The translations under genes and the position numbers were made by a program. A stretch of DNA of 64,000 bases from Amoebidium appalachense (lineage: Eukaryota > Protista > Ichthyosporea). Below the pieces are notes generated by a model that saw only the letters and a program-made list of their open reading frames with translations, did no database searches and was not told where the DNA came from. Within the stretch, counting starts at the first letter, position 1. Each line of letters opens with the position of its first letter. This document shows, in pieces, positions 1-12,418 of the stretch. Location of the stretch: the NCBI GenBank assembly GCA_963693365.1, contig CAVNZM010000006.1:10233355-10297354 (forward strand). The letters are read 5' to 3'.

Positions 1-186
1 CTGCCCTCCCCGTTTCTCTCCTTCTCCTCCTCCTCTTTCCGTAGGTGCCACCTATTAAGAAGGTGCCACCTCTTCCCCTGCCCCCGTACAACGACATCAT
101 ATTACCCCTTGCATATTTGCTACCATTCTTGGTTGCCTGCTGAGGCACTAAAGACTAACCGTGACGCCTGGCCAATCACCGTGCAG

Positions 187-309
187 ATGCGCAAGCAGCT
201 GCTGATCCTCAACAATGCCACGTGCGCATACTTCTCGGGGGATGAGGCTGCACTAAAGGCGGCAGTGGCCGAGATCGGCACGGGATACGACCTGCCCAGT
301 GCCGAGTAG
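187..309 (+). CDS. Probable terminal coding exon of a gene starting upstream of the window (MRKQLLILNNATCAYFSGDEAALKAAVAEIGTGYDLPSAE*); product unknown
   Basis: Branch-point-like GACTAAC at ~153-159, acceptor GTGCAG ending at 186, open frame with GC3-rich codons like the other genes, ending in TAG 307-309. No recognisable domain. Confidence 0.5.
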   Translation: MRKQLLILNNATCAYFSGDEAALKAAVAEIGTGYDLPSAE

Positions 310-368
310 AAGCCTCTGGAAGGCAGGGTGGGGGTGTGCACGTGTGTACCTCGTGTATGCACAAGGTG

Positions 369-415
<47 letters not shown>

Positions 416-997
416 GTGTGTGTGTGTGTTGGTACATGGCACACGGGCAAATGTGCATGCAACATGCGCACACGCGCGCGCGCACACACACACACACACA
501 TGCACACACGAACTCGCAATATTCCACGGACAAACAACGAAGTGAAGGTGACTGTGCAACCAGTATTACACTGTACATGTACATAAAATGGGTTTACTAT
601 TTGTTGTCTCGAAGACAGATTCATTTTGGTTTGATAAGGTTTTTGATTTACCTTATTTCAAAGGGTCATACGTTAGATCAAATATTAATGGTATTTCATT
701 TCCAGGAAATGCCACATTTGCATTTTACTAATGATTTATGTTGTACATGTTGCCTTTTTTCAATTATTGCGCAGATTATCTCTTGGCCGTCGCCACCAGA
801 TGACACTTCCTAGCAGTCTGGAGATGAATGGAAATGGTGGAAGGCGTAAAGACTCATATATACACCATGTAATTGCGCGTATCTTGCAATGACCCAGTAA
901 GTAATCCTATACATATCAACCCTGTGATTGCGGGTGTCTCAGAGGCTCTGTGTGCTGTGCGCGCAGACCTCAGCCTCCCATATATATGCCACTACTG

Positions 998-1432
998 GTT
1001 GGTGGCAGATAGGAAAGGCAATTATATCAGTGGCAGGTGGCAGACCATGAATACATAGATAATCAGGTGGCAGATAATAAATACAAACATATTTCAAGGC
1101 GGCAGACAATAAATACATAAGTAGATATTCAGGTGCCGCTGGGATAATGCATCATTGAACTTGATGATATTCAGATGGCAGCTAATAGCAATAAACACAT
1201 AACACATAGATATTCAGGGTGGCAGATGATAAATATGTAATTCAGGTGGCAGATAGCATATACATAGGTATTCAGGTGGCAGAAATAATCACATAGACTC
1301 TCAGGTGGCAGATATCAATACGTAGATATTCAGGTGGCAGATATCAATACGTAGATATTCAGGTGGCAGATATCAATACAGAGATATTAAGGTGGCAGAT
1401 ATCCGCACTAGCACACAATATTCAGGTGGCGG
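998..1432. repeat. Degenerate ~29-bp minisatellite, core ATTCAGGTGGCAGA, about 14 copies
   Basis: Unit TATTCAGGTGGCAGATATCAATACGTAGA is near-perfect at ~1300-1400 and progressively degenerate towards 1000. Confidence 0.9.
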
Positions 1433-1798
1433 AGGGTTTTCCCTCCCCCAGATGATGCCCGCACGTTGTGGTTGGGTGCATGGGCACAAGAATTCTAATA
1501 ACCAACGGGAGATATGTACACCCGCTGTTACAGTAGCCGAGGTAAATCGACCCGGCTCGATCGGATTGCCCATATAAGGAAACTCTGCAAAATGCTGGCA
1601 AACCGCTTCCACATGCTGGTGGTGTTTCGTTGGCCCAGCCGACTCGTATGTGGCTATCGTTTGGTGTGATGGTGCTGGTGCTATGTTAGCGCTGGGGAGG
1701 GAGGGAGGGAAGGAGCGTGTGTGTGCCCGGGGGAAGGGGGGGGGGGGGGGGGGGCTGCTGTATAGTGTCGTATCATCGGATACAGAACGTGCTTGCCA

Positions 1799-1833
<35 letters not shown>

Positions 1834-2072
1834 TGTGTGCGCGCGCGCGAGCGTGTGTGTGTGTGCGCGTGTGTGTGCGTATCGCGCCTGCGGGTGCAAG
1901 CACGCTCGCCTGTGTTGTTTCAAGTGGGTAACCTTTGGACGGGGAGAAGAGTGGGGGGGCCGGGTGGAGGGGGTTGATAATTAAGATAAAAGGTGAGAGT
2001 TTTCAGACATCATATGGTATGTCAGTCTGTGTGTGTATGTGTGTGTGTGTGTGTACACGTGTCTGCAGGGAT

Positions 2073-2115
<43 letters not shown>

Positions 2116-2924
2116 GGGGGGGGGGGGAGGGGGGCTGAGCTGATGCATACCGAGCAAGCAGGCAAACAAAATGGGTAGGGGGGAGGTTGGTAGGTGAATG
2201 GTGGGGTGCCGGATATGCGTGTGTGTGTGTGTGTGTGTGGGGGGGGGGGGGAACAATGGTTAAGTAATAGGCCATATTTTCAAGTGACGTAACTTTCATA
2301 TACTTAGGAAACTTGACTTCTCAATATATACTTATGATTGATTTATCTTTAACAAAAAGGAGCATATTCGTACGTAAGTAAGTAGGTAAGTAAGAGTGTA
2401 CGTGTCCAGCACGTCACAAGGTCAACCCAGGGTGGATGCATGCTAGCAAAACAGGCTTACCAGAAGCAATATGTACAATAACACCCAAAGGTACTTAACA
2501 AAGGAGAAATAATAAATTGACAAAACGGAGAGGTCAGCAAGTTTCGAGCCTGTGTATTCGACGGGTGTCTGTGAGTGCACTTGTTCCGAGGGCAGGACAG
2601 AAATGCGCACATGTGTGAAAATAAGCAGAATATGCACGTGCTCTTATGTGAGGGTGCACGAGAGGGCCATCCAGCACATGCAAAGTAAGAATGATATACA
2701 CGTGTCAAGAGTGTGCAACCCCTGTAAGCGTGTGTGTGTGTGTGCATAGGTCGTTGCATGAAGCATGCACCTGCACACGTGCGTGTTAAAAACAGCCCAG
2801 ATCCTACAGTCCAGAGAAACGTTTCTTAACAAAGGCTATGGTAGGAACCCTAGCAGAGTGCTGGGCAACGTGAGTAGGCATCACGTACTCCTGCTACAGA
2901 TGCCCCTCCCTCACCCCCACACAC

Positions 2925-4319
2925 TCAGTTGAACGGGACTGGTGGGGGTGGCTCGTCCTCACCTCTCTGGCCCTCCAGCTCCTCAAACAGCCTCCTCCCC
3001 TGCTCGGCCCACTGCATATAGCGCCGCCTCCACGAATCCGACGGCACAAACGGCGTGTTTGACTCCCGCGTGCTTGTCATCAGCTCCCTCTTTGTGCGCT
3101 CCAGCTCTGCCTGCGAGTCTGCCAGCCGCCCTTTCAACTCTGCTGCTTCCTGCTCCAAATCCATCACCCGTACCTCCAACCCTTTACCCCGCCACTTGTC
3201 CACGTCTCCCCGCAAAAAGTCCCCGAAAGGGCTGGTGCTGACATTGGGGTATTCTCCGTTCTGGTTTTTGTACTGGTCGCCTATCAGTATTGGTGGTGCG
3301 CGCATGCTTGGTGAGCCCTGCTGGCCGTTTGAGTTCCAGTTGAAGTTTGCGTTGAGTGGCTGGGACAGGTGGTGGCCAAAGTGGGCGTTGAGGTAGCTAG
3401 CCCCGAACGGACTGTTGCCACTGCCCCCGTCTGCCGGCTGGCTGGCTTGCTGGTCGAAACTGCGCCGGCCCGGGGACGACTCGAGGGCGGCAGGCAGGTG
3501 CAGGTCCGCACCCCCAAATATGTCCGTGCCCATGTCCTCCACTCGCCTGCGCTTGCCCTGTGCCCGTGTGCCGCTTTTAGGCGACGGCTGCCTGTCGTCC
3601 CGTGAGTAGCCCCTCTGCACACTCAGGGCCATATTCAGCGCCTGTGGCGTGTCCTCCTCCGTCTCGCTGCCGTCGTCCTCGTCGTTCCGTCTCACGTCGT
3701 CACGTGACAACCGCCCCGCCACCCGGGCTGTGGTCTGCTGCAGAGGCGGAGACTGGAACCCCGCAAGGCCCCCGGGTGTGTCGTCCTTCTTAAGGAGTTC
3801 GTTCTTCAGCTGCAACACGGCGTGGGCCTCGGCGGATTTGGGCGTGACAGGTGCCTGCGGTGGTTTGTGGCGCGCTTGCTGGGTCCAAGTTTTGCGCTTG
3901 AGAAAAATGGGCGGTTTGAAGCTCTCACAGACAGCCTCTATTGCAACCTTGCCTCGTTTTAGCGGCTCACCATTGTTGTATAGCGGAGTGCTTATGATCT
4001 CATTCCCGTTCATATCTAGGCCAAAGTTCTCCACCCCAACCGTTTTTTTCCAGTTTTTCCACGTGTCCCCTAGTGTCTCACTGAACTTATTAGCTGTAAT
4101 CCACTCCCCCTGCCAGTATACCTTACCCGTATAGTGTCCCATGGAAACATAGTGCAGTTGCATCCAGGCCTTGTGCTCTCTAAAAGAAACTAGCCACAGG
4201 CCTCTACCCGGTATTTTTTCTGCTCCGGTTGTGTCTACGTCGGCCAGGGCAGCCGGGGGAGGTGGAGGCGGAGCTTGTGAAGGGGAGTCCAACCCTGCCA
4301 TGGGGTCTGAGAGGTCCAT
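2925..4319 (-). CDS. Intronless 464-aa putative transcription factor: N-terminal SAND-like (KNWK) domain, disordered middle, C-terminal coiled coil
   Basis: Long ORF free of simple repeats, with CAAAC-ATG start context. Residues ~41-96 (WLVSFREHKAWMQLHYVSMGHYTGKVYWQGEWITANKFSETLGDTWKNWKKTVGV) align by eye nearly gaplessly to the SAND pattern (V-x-C...L...G...I-x-x-x-G-x-W-x-T-P-x-x-F...K-[DN]-W-K). Heptads LEVRVMDLEQEAAELKGRLADSQAELERTKREL near the C terminus. Confidence 0.85.
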   Translation of the reverse strand: MDLSDPMAGLDSPSQAPPPPPPAALADVDTTGAEKIPGRGLWLVSFREHKAWMQLHYVSMGHYTGKVYWQGEWITANKFSETLGDTWKNWKKTVGVENFGLDMNGNEIISTPLYNNGEPLKRGKVAIEAVCESFKPPIFLKRKTWTQQARHKPPQAPVTPKSAEAHAVLQLKNELLKKDDTPGGLAGFQSPPLQQTTARVAGRLSRDDVRRNDEDDGSETEEDTPQALNMALSVQRGYSRDDRQPSPKSGTRAQGKRRRVEDMGTDIFGGADLHLPAALESSPGRRSFDQQASQPADGGSGNSPFGASYLNAHFGHHLSQPLNANFNWNSNGQQGSPSMRAPPILIGDQYKNQNGEYPNVSTSPFGDFLRGDVDKWRGKGLEVRVMDLEQEAAELKGRLADSQAELERTKRELMTSTRESNTPFVPSDSWRRRYMQWAEQGRRLFEELEGQRGEDEPPPPVPFN

Positions 4320-4535
4320 GTTTGGTGCGTTACAGTCACCTCACCAGCACAGCATTTGCTACCTGGAGCCTTACGCAAGATAAAAAATTAAAACTAATGC
4401 TTGTGCAAACTACCTACGAGAAGCTAACGCAAACTTTTGTCATTTTGCACACAGCATGTTTCCGCACAACACAAGTCGACTGAGAAAAAAAAACGGCTGT
4501 TACAATAGAAAGTGTGACACCTTGTGGCCATCACC

Positions 4536-4669
4536 AGCCAATTGGCTTGTAGTTTCCGGGCATACACGCGCTCCGATTCGCCAATCGCGAATTCTAAAAC
4601 GCTTTTCTTATTGGCGAAGAAATCGATCTGCGATGCGACTGGTGGATCACAGCTGGCACTTTTTGGCGC
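4536..4669. promoter_or_regulatory. Putative promoter upstream of the SAND-like gene: CCAAT boxes and an E2F-type site
   Basis: Palindrome AGCCAATTGGCT 4536-4547; inverted pair TTCGCCAAT (4577-4585) / ATTGGCGAA (4610-4618); TTTGGCGC at 4662-4669. These lie 220-350 bp upstream of the ATG at 4319. Confidence 0.4.
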
Positions 4670-5436
4670 CCTTTTCCTACAGCAGGAGAGTCGGAAAGTT
4701 GTACGTGCATGTCACAACCGTTGTTTATGTTTCTCCTACAGGGGACGTTCAAAGCATATGCATGGTGCCTTACATGCAGTACACATGAACCAGAAGCTCC
4801 AGGAAGAGAGGAGACGAGTGATGTCAAAAAATTCTTCGTCTTTTGTACTGTGTTGCCCTGTATATCCCGAACACTTATTAAAACCAATGCTTCATCTTGG
4901 TCTTCGAGACGGCGACCAGCGGCCGGGGCGGGGCAGGGCGAAGCGGGGTGGAAGGGGAAACAGAGGGGGGGGGGAGGGGGGAGAGGGAGGGAGGGGGCGG
5001 AGAGTTGGGGAAGGGGGAAAGAGGGGTAAGGGGAAAAGGGGCGGTGAAGGGGGGATTGGGCAAAATTAAGGCTATAGGGAATGCAACAAAGTATCACATC
5101 TGCATCTGGTTCTTGGCAAGGCCAGGAGGCCTTGGTTCTTGGCCGTGTTTTTGAACTCAAGTTTTCTTGTTATCATCCCTTGTCTCTCTACCCCCCCCCT
5201 TCCCTCCCTTCCCCCCCCCTCCCCCCTCCCTCCCTCGGGGCCCCCCAGCCAAATGGGCTTTGCCTATTAATGCATACTCTATATGTGGTTTGCACTCTGT
5301 GTTGTGTTGTCCTCCCGTCTTCGGATTTCCATGTACCACAGCACATGCCTACTTTAAAATGCACGCAACCACCCCCCCTCCCCATTCTCGCCCCCTCCCC
5401 TCCCTCTTCCCCTCCTCCCTCCCCCCTCCCTTCTCC

Positions 5437-5489
<53 letters not shown>

Positions 5490-6977
5490 TCCCCACAGTG
5501 CGGCACGAACACAAAATCCAAGAGTCGCTTGGTTTCGGAGACGACGCATACATGCAAGAACTTGCGACGCAAAGTCACGATGTTCATGTCATCGGGATGT
5601 GCAACCAACATTCCTATATACCGTGTGTACTAACGTAGCATGTCCGTGACGGGGAAGTTGAGGAGCGGGGCGGAGGGAGGGGGGGGGGGGGAGGGGGGGG
5701 GAGGATGGAGCATGACAAATGCTCACATCGAGGCAAGGGGCGCTGCTTATCTATAGTATACTACTACATCATTATAACAGATCCGAAAGTGTGTACGGAT
5801 ACTGTACGTACCGAGATGGCACGAGTCACAAATCAGTCAGCGGGTATCATCAGTACTACAGTACTTCAAGGCTTGGAAGTCCCAGCGGGCCTGCTGATGC
5901 CGTTTGACATAAGCCCCCCCCCCCGGGGGCGGCCCTCCCCCCCTCCCCCTCCCCCCTGGTTGAAGCCTGGGCTACAGAGGGCTTTTTGGCAGTGGTTGCC
6001 CTTAATTGCTTCCCCGGGGCCAGGAGGGATGGAGGGGGCAGTGGGGTTGAGGGGGGGTGGGGGGTAGGGGGGGGGGGGGGGGGGGCATGATCTTGAAAAA
6101 AAATCGCCAGCCGGCTGAAAAGAGCATCCCAAAACCACCACAGATGGTTGGCTGGGGGGCGCGGGGGGGGGGGGGGGGGGGGGGGGGGGGAAGCTTCGCT
6201 AGGGGGGAGACAAGCATGATCAAGGATTTTTTTCGCCAGTCCGTTCATAAGTAACGTTCCCGAGATACCGCCGGATGTTACTTCCTGAGGCAGCCACAGC
6301 CCGTGAATAGGCCTGGGGATTGGGGGAAACCGGGGGGTGAGGGGGGGAGTGCATGTGGGGGGAGGTGAAATACCTGTGGGGGGAGGAGGGGGGAGAGGGG
6401 GCGGGGGGGGGGGAGGGGGGGGCCCGGGGGGGCCGGGGGGGGGGGGGGGGGGGGGAGCTGCAGACATCTGGGAACTTCATGGGGCTGTTGTTTTTGAATG
6501 CAGTAATGACTCGGGTGTTACAACATTCGATTCCCCTGCTGTGATGGACCTAGGTACTGTGTGATTAGTCACTCTTTCATGACGACTGCAAGGCGTTATT
6601 TTCTGGATGTCCTACAATTGCATGGCCAGCCATGTACATTCTTACCGTAGTTTCTTTCCTACGGTATAATTTGAGGTATTCTCTTTTCCGAAGTACTACT
6701 AGGCAAGGCATTCCCCCCCCCCCCCCCCCCATGCACATCACATGGTATTTTCTTTCCCCATGTATGATTGCAGGGTATTTTCTTTGGAATTCCCCTTTAT
6801 ACGTTGCAAGGTTTTCCCTTTTCCCCATGTTCCATCAACGTTTTTCTGAAGCTCGCTGTGTGATGTCAAAGTATCCAATGCATTATGGACTCTGACCCCC
6901 CGGAGCCCCCACCCCCTCGCCCCAGGCCCCTCCATCCCTTTCCCTCCGAGGCTCACATGACTACATCAGATGATACA

Positions 6978-7022
<45 letters not shown>

Positions 7023-7533
7023 CCATTCGTACCATGTAAACGTGTGGAGCTCGAACAAATAAACAACCAAGATAGAGAGAGAGAGAGCCTGATGACAAGA
7101 AAGAAACTAAACACCATCACCACTGCTACACAAGCTGCAGTGTCACACGCACACACATGCCTGAACAAAAAAAAGGGGGGGGGGGGGGAGTAGGATTGGG
7201 GTGGGGGGGGGGGGGGGGGGAGTTAGCGTTGTGAACTCACAGGAAAAGTGAAAAGGTCAAATCTCTTTTCCTCCCCCCCTCCCCCCCCCCTCCCCCCCGA
7301 AAAACAACTTCAACGTCAAACAAACAAATAAGCACAGTATACTGTAACGGGAAATGTTGAAGAAAGCAGGGAACAAGTCCATGCAGAAGTTTACGCACTA
7401 AGTTTATCAACGTCATTGAATAGGCAGCTCAGGAGCTGGTCGGGTGAGAAAGAAGAGTGATAGAGGTCAGGTTCTGGGGGGAAAGGAGGAGGAGGAGGAA
7501 TTGAGGAAGAAGGGGGGGGGGGGGGGGGGGCTA

Positions 7534-7742
7534 CAGGGGTAGTCTAAATATAAGATTTTCCGAATATAAGATTCTAGCGCTAGGATTTTTAAAAAAATCA
7601 AGATTCTAGCTGGCTAGCCCCCACCGTCATATATGAAAATTAAGTTTGTTTCCCTGTGTCCTTGTGTGCTAGGGGGTCTGGAACTAAGATTCTAGCGGGC
7701 TAGAGCCGAAATCCACGTAATCTTATATTCGGCCTACCCCTG
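7534..7742. mobile_element. Non-autonomous Tc1/mariner-type MITE, 209 bp, TA target-site duplication
   Basis: Left end TA|CAGGGGTAGTCTAAATATAAGATT; right end AATCTTATATTCGGCCTACCCCTG|TA. The 24-bp TIRs have 3 mismatches. TA at 7532-7533 and 7743-7744. Internal AAGATTCTAGC repeated at 7568, 7600 and 7686. Confidence 0.85.
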
Positions 7743-8746
7743 TAGGGTTTCAACAAGGAGGGAGGAAGGCGCGGGGGAGTGTCAGGGAGGGGGGCTAGGG
7801 GGAGGGAGGGAGAGCAAATTTTAGTAAGCCTTGTTCTGGGAGCTAAGAGAGAGAGCTCGAGAGGCCGGGGGGGGGGGGGGGGGGGGAGGGGGGGGGGGGG
7901 GGGGGGGGGAAGGGGGGGGGGAGGTGGGGGAGGGGGGGGAGAGGGGGGAAGGGGGAGCTTGAGGGGGGGCTCGATCAGGAGCGGGGCCTAGGTAGGCGGG
8001 GAGGAGGGGGGATAGGGGGAGGAGAGGAGAGGAATTGTATATAATGGCCCACCTTATTCTGAGCTCGAGCTGAGAGAAAGGCTGAGCTCGAGAGGCCCCC
8101 GTTAATGGTGGTTGGGGGGCATACTATAAGGGCTGCAGCCTCATTGTCCTCCATAATACACGGAAAAAAACCCCCACAACATCCCCCGGCCCTGAAGTGG
8201 CCCAAAAAGTTTCTCGAGTGGCAGCTGCTGCAGGGCTCCGGCTGATCCCATGGTCACATGTTATACACGGGGAATGCAAATGGAAAAGCCTGGCATATGC
8301 AATTGTCGGGCGCATTGCTTGTCCCTCACACATCCAATATGCCCCTCACACACCATAAAAGCTTTGGGGAAACCCAGCGTGCACATGAACCCAATCACGT
8401 AGGGGGGCCTTTCGCACAAAAGTTTTTCACAGACCAATATTGCAGATTTTAGCACAGCAAGTAAAAATACACGTGTTGTATTTGCAGTATTAACATGCCC
8501 CAGCCATTGGACCAGCAGTGGCCGGGGGGCCAAAAAAATAAAAACATACATTCGGGGTTAAGTATTAAAGGCCATCTAGCGAAATAATACTTAATTGGGG
8601 GACACGTTCTTTAACAGTACGGCACCCACACTAATGATCCGCAGTCGGACCGATGCAAGTAGCACCTTATATAAACATTAATTAAAAACAGAAGACATTC
8701 TAACATTCCAATCCACCCATACTATCCATACTAGCCAATCATTAAC

Positions 8747-10257
8747 CTAATCAGCGCGTGCGACCAAACCGTTCTCCTGTGGATGCAGGAAGTCGCTGAT
8801 GATTGCGTTGACTACCTCCTGCAGCTCGGCAGCCACCTTGTCCTTGTCCTCCTCGCACGTGATCTTGCCCGTCATCTCGGAGTAGTACTTGAGCTTGGGC
8901 TCAGTGCCAGACCCACGCACCGTCACCACGGCGCCGTTCTCAAAGTAGAAAGTGATCATCTGGGCATCAGGGGTAAGGGGCAGGCGGGGTTTAAGGTCGG
9001 CATAGTTCGAGTCGTAGCCGACAGTCATGTCACGCACGGCCTTAAGGGGGAAGCGGCCCAGCTTTGTGGGATAGTTGGGGCGGATGCGGTTGAAGATGGC
9101 CTCCATAATCTTGGGGTCGTAGCACAGGAAGTAGCTGTCGTTGGTGGTGAAGTAGCCATACTTGAGGTACAGCGCATTGAGCTGGCCCGTGAGGGACGAG
9201 CCCTTCTCGTCCAGGTAGTGCATCATCTCGGCCATGACGGCAGCAGCATGCACACCGTCCTTGTCCCACACGGTGGTGCCCAGCATGAAGCCGATGGCCT
9301 CCTCGTAGGCCATCAGCACCTTCAGGCCCTCGTTCTGCTCAAGCTCGATGCCCTTGTTGGCCATCCACTTGAACCCGGTCAGCGTCTCCTGCGGGGTTAG
9401 AAAGAGGTGTGTGAATGGGAGTGCGTTTGGACTGGTGCGTGCCTCTATGGGGATAAGGTAGGTCTGAAAGTCTAATACAAGGGCATTAGTGTGTGCTTGT
9501 GCATTTGCTTGTGCATTTGCTTGTGCGTGCGTGCTTCTCTGTGTGTGTTGGGGTTGGGGGAGAGGGTGACACAGGGGGGAGGGGAGGGGGGGGGGGGGGG
9601 GGGGGGAAGAGGAGGGGAGGAGGGGAAAAGGGGCGTAGGACATGCAACAGAGGGGTGGAAAAGCAACCTATTCTTATAATAGGTAGAAGGTGTGTGGTGT
9701 TACCTCAAAGCGGAAGCCCTCTGCAGCAGCCATGGCCTTGATGAACTTGGACGACACGGTGGAGGCCACCATGGCGCACTTGGAGGCAGGCACGTCGGGG
9801 TGCTTGGCCACGTGGCTCTCCCACATCCACCAGGCAAACAGCGTGCCGATCTCGTTGCCCTTGAACACATGCCAGCGCCCACTGTGTGCATGTGGTTAGA
9901 TGGTGTGTGGAACTGAGCAACACATGGCATGGAACATGGACAAATACGTGGTTGAAGAGGGGGGAGGAGGAGGGGGGTGGGGACGGGGGGAGGGGATGAG
10001 GACAAATACGTGGTTGAAGAGGGTGGAGGAGTGGGGTGGGGTGGAGTGGGGCTCTAAATCAAGGTGCTATCATGAACTTTTTAGCTTTTTGGGTGTGTGT
10101 GTGCAAAAAAAAAAATTGCGCAACGGTGGGGAGCGGGTGGTGCCAGATGTATGTGCATGTTTAGATACATGGGTTTTGGGCCTAGCAGGTGGGCAGGGAG
10201 AGACCCCGGGAGGAAAAGGAGGGGGGGAAAAGGGGAGATTGGTGGTGGTGGTGGTGG

Positions 10258-10295
<38 letters not shown>

Positions 10296-10858
10296 GCTGG
10301 GTGGATATGTGCCGTTCAGGTGTGCACGCTAGACAAGTTAAACAAGCAGGGAGCAAGCAATATCATGAAAGGTGTGTGGAGGAAAGGGCTACGTAGCCCG
10401 CGCGCAGGGGGGGGGGGGGGAGGGGGGGGAAGGCAGGAAAGGGGCAGGGACAGAAGCGGAGGCGTGTGTGTGTGTGTGTGTTGGGGGGGGGGGGGGGGGG
10501 GGGGGGAGGGGGGGGGGGGGGGGGGGGGAGGAACGTACTCGTCGAGCTTCTGGGCCACAGCCAGACGGTCGGCATCGGGGTCGTTGGCAAGAATGTAGCG
10601 GGAACCCTCCTTCTCGGCAAGCGCAATGGAGAGGTTCTGGGGGGGAGGGGGATGGTGAGTATAATGGCAATCGAGGGGGGGGGGGGGGGAGGGGGGGTGC
10701 AGATGCGGGAGTCCTAAACCGAAGTCAAACTTAGCCCGTGCAGATGCAGGAGTCTTAAACCGAAGTCAAATTTAGCCCAAGCTGTGTCTATGGGTATGTG
10801 CAGCACGGGAAAGGGGAAAGCAGAGAGGCACCAGAGGAATGAAATCGGGAGGGTGTGT

Positions 10859-10889
<31 letters not shown>

Positions 10890-12380
10890 GGGGGGGGGAG
10901 GGGGGGGAGGGAGAGGGCATGTACCAGGGCGCTCTTGCCCTCCTCGGGGTTGGGGAACTTGACGGTGGGGAAGGTCGGATCAGCCTCGACCTGCTCCTTG
11001 CAGGGCAGGAAGGGCTTGATGCCGTAGTCGGCAAAGATGCGCTCCACAAAGGGCTTGCCCACGCCGTGCATGGCCGTGTAGACAATGGGGATGGGCCTGG
11101 ACTTTGTGATATGGCCCATGCGGCTGCTCTTGAGGGTGGCCTCCATGTATGCCTCCATGCAGTCCTCGTAGGCATTGACCACCTTCGAGTCCACAGTGTC
11201 AAGAGCGGCCCACGTGTCGAACCAGGGCTTGAGGTTGGCCTCGATGGCGGTGGCAATCATCTTGTCGTAGGGGGGGATGATCTGGGCCCCGTTGCTCCAG
11301 TACACCTTGTAGCCGTTGTCGTCCTTGGGGTTGTGGCTGGCCGTAACCATCACACCGGCTGCCGTCTGGTAGCGGCGCACGGCAAAGGGCTGCAGGGGAA
11401 AGAAATGTTGGTGAGTGAGTGTGTACGTGTGTGGGGGGGATATATAGTGTGTGAACGTAGGTTTTGTGCTGGCTTCACACATCACAGAGTGCCCCCCCCC
11501 CCCCCCCCCCCCCCCCCCTTCTCTTCTATCATTCCAGGTTGAGAGCTGGCACGATTTTCGGTGGGTCTGGGAGGGCACTGTCGATGCTTGGGTCTGGAAA
11601 AACATGCAAGTCGATAAAGCTTGTTTGTGTGTGGCCGCACTAGCTTGCATGGGTGTATGGGGTAGCGAGGTAGGAGGAGGTATGCCAGGAAGGCCAAGTG
11701 GGGGATAAAGTGCACTAGCTTGCATGGGTGTATGGGGTAGCGAGGTAGGAGGAGGTATGTCAGGAAGGTCAAGTGGGGGATAAAGGAGGGGGTAAAAGGC
11801 GAGGGGGTTGAACCGTGGGGGGGGATACACATGTAGAGTGTGTAGCAGGGGGGGGACCGGGGAGAATGGGGGAGGGGGGAGGGAGGGAGAGGAAAGAGAG
11901 AGGTACGATTCATGCTCAGAGAAGTAGGTGTTGGTAGTGTGTATGTGTGTGTCAGGAGACATTCATTCATCTAGTGTATATAAAGAAATGAAAGGATTGG
12001 AAGTAAGTAGGAGGACTCATTACAAACAACTAATAGTTAATTGTAATAGTTTTATGTGGAGGGGTATAGCTCAGGTGCAAGGAGAATAACACGGATAGGC
12101 GAGGGGGTCCGTGCTCCGGTTAAATGACTAATAGTTGTTTGATTTATGTATTGTGTGTGTGTGTGTGTGGTACAAGGGAGGGACGGGGGGGGGGGGGGGG
12201 GGGGGGGGGAATAAGGGGGCGTAAAACGGGAGGGGGATGAGCCGGGGGGGAAGCGGGGGAGGGGAGAGAAACTACTCCTTCAGGGAGCAAGGAGTAGAGT
12301 GTGCAGGTAGGGGAGGACCGGAAAAGGAAGGGGGAGAGAAAGAGGAAATGGGAGACACGGCTTACTGCATGTGTCTGTCT

Positions 12381-12418
<38 letters not shown>

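Noticed and set aside
998-1432. CRISPR-like appearance (conserved core with variable spacers)
   Set aside because: The spacers are related to each other and short, the context is eukaryotic and no cas genes are present. It is a minisatellite.
4680-7200. Possible plus-strand gene diverging from the SAND-like gene (acceptor-like sites near 4682, 4741, 5498)
   Set aside because: I could not build a frame-consistent exon chain or recognise a protein; it may be non-coding.
8783-9400. 205-aa plus-strand ORF, and similar ORFs at 10784-11542 and 36978-37526
   Set aside because: Antisense shadows of GC3-rich PGM2 and RPL27A exons.
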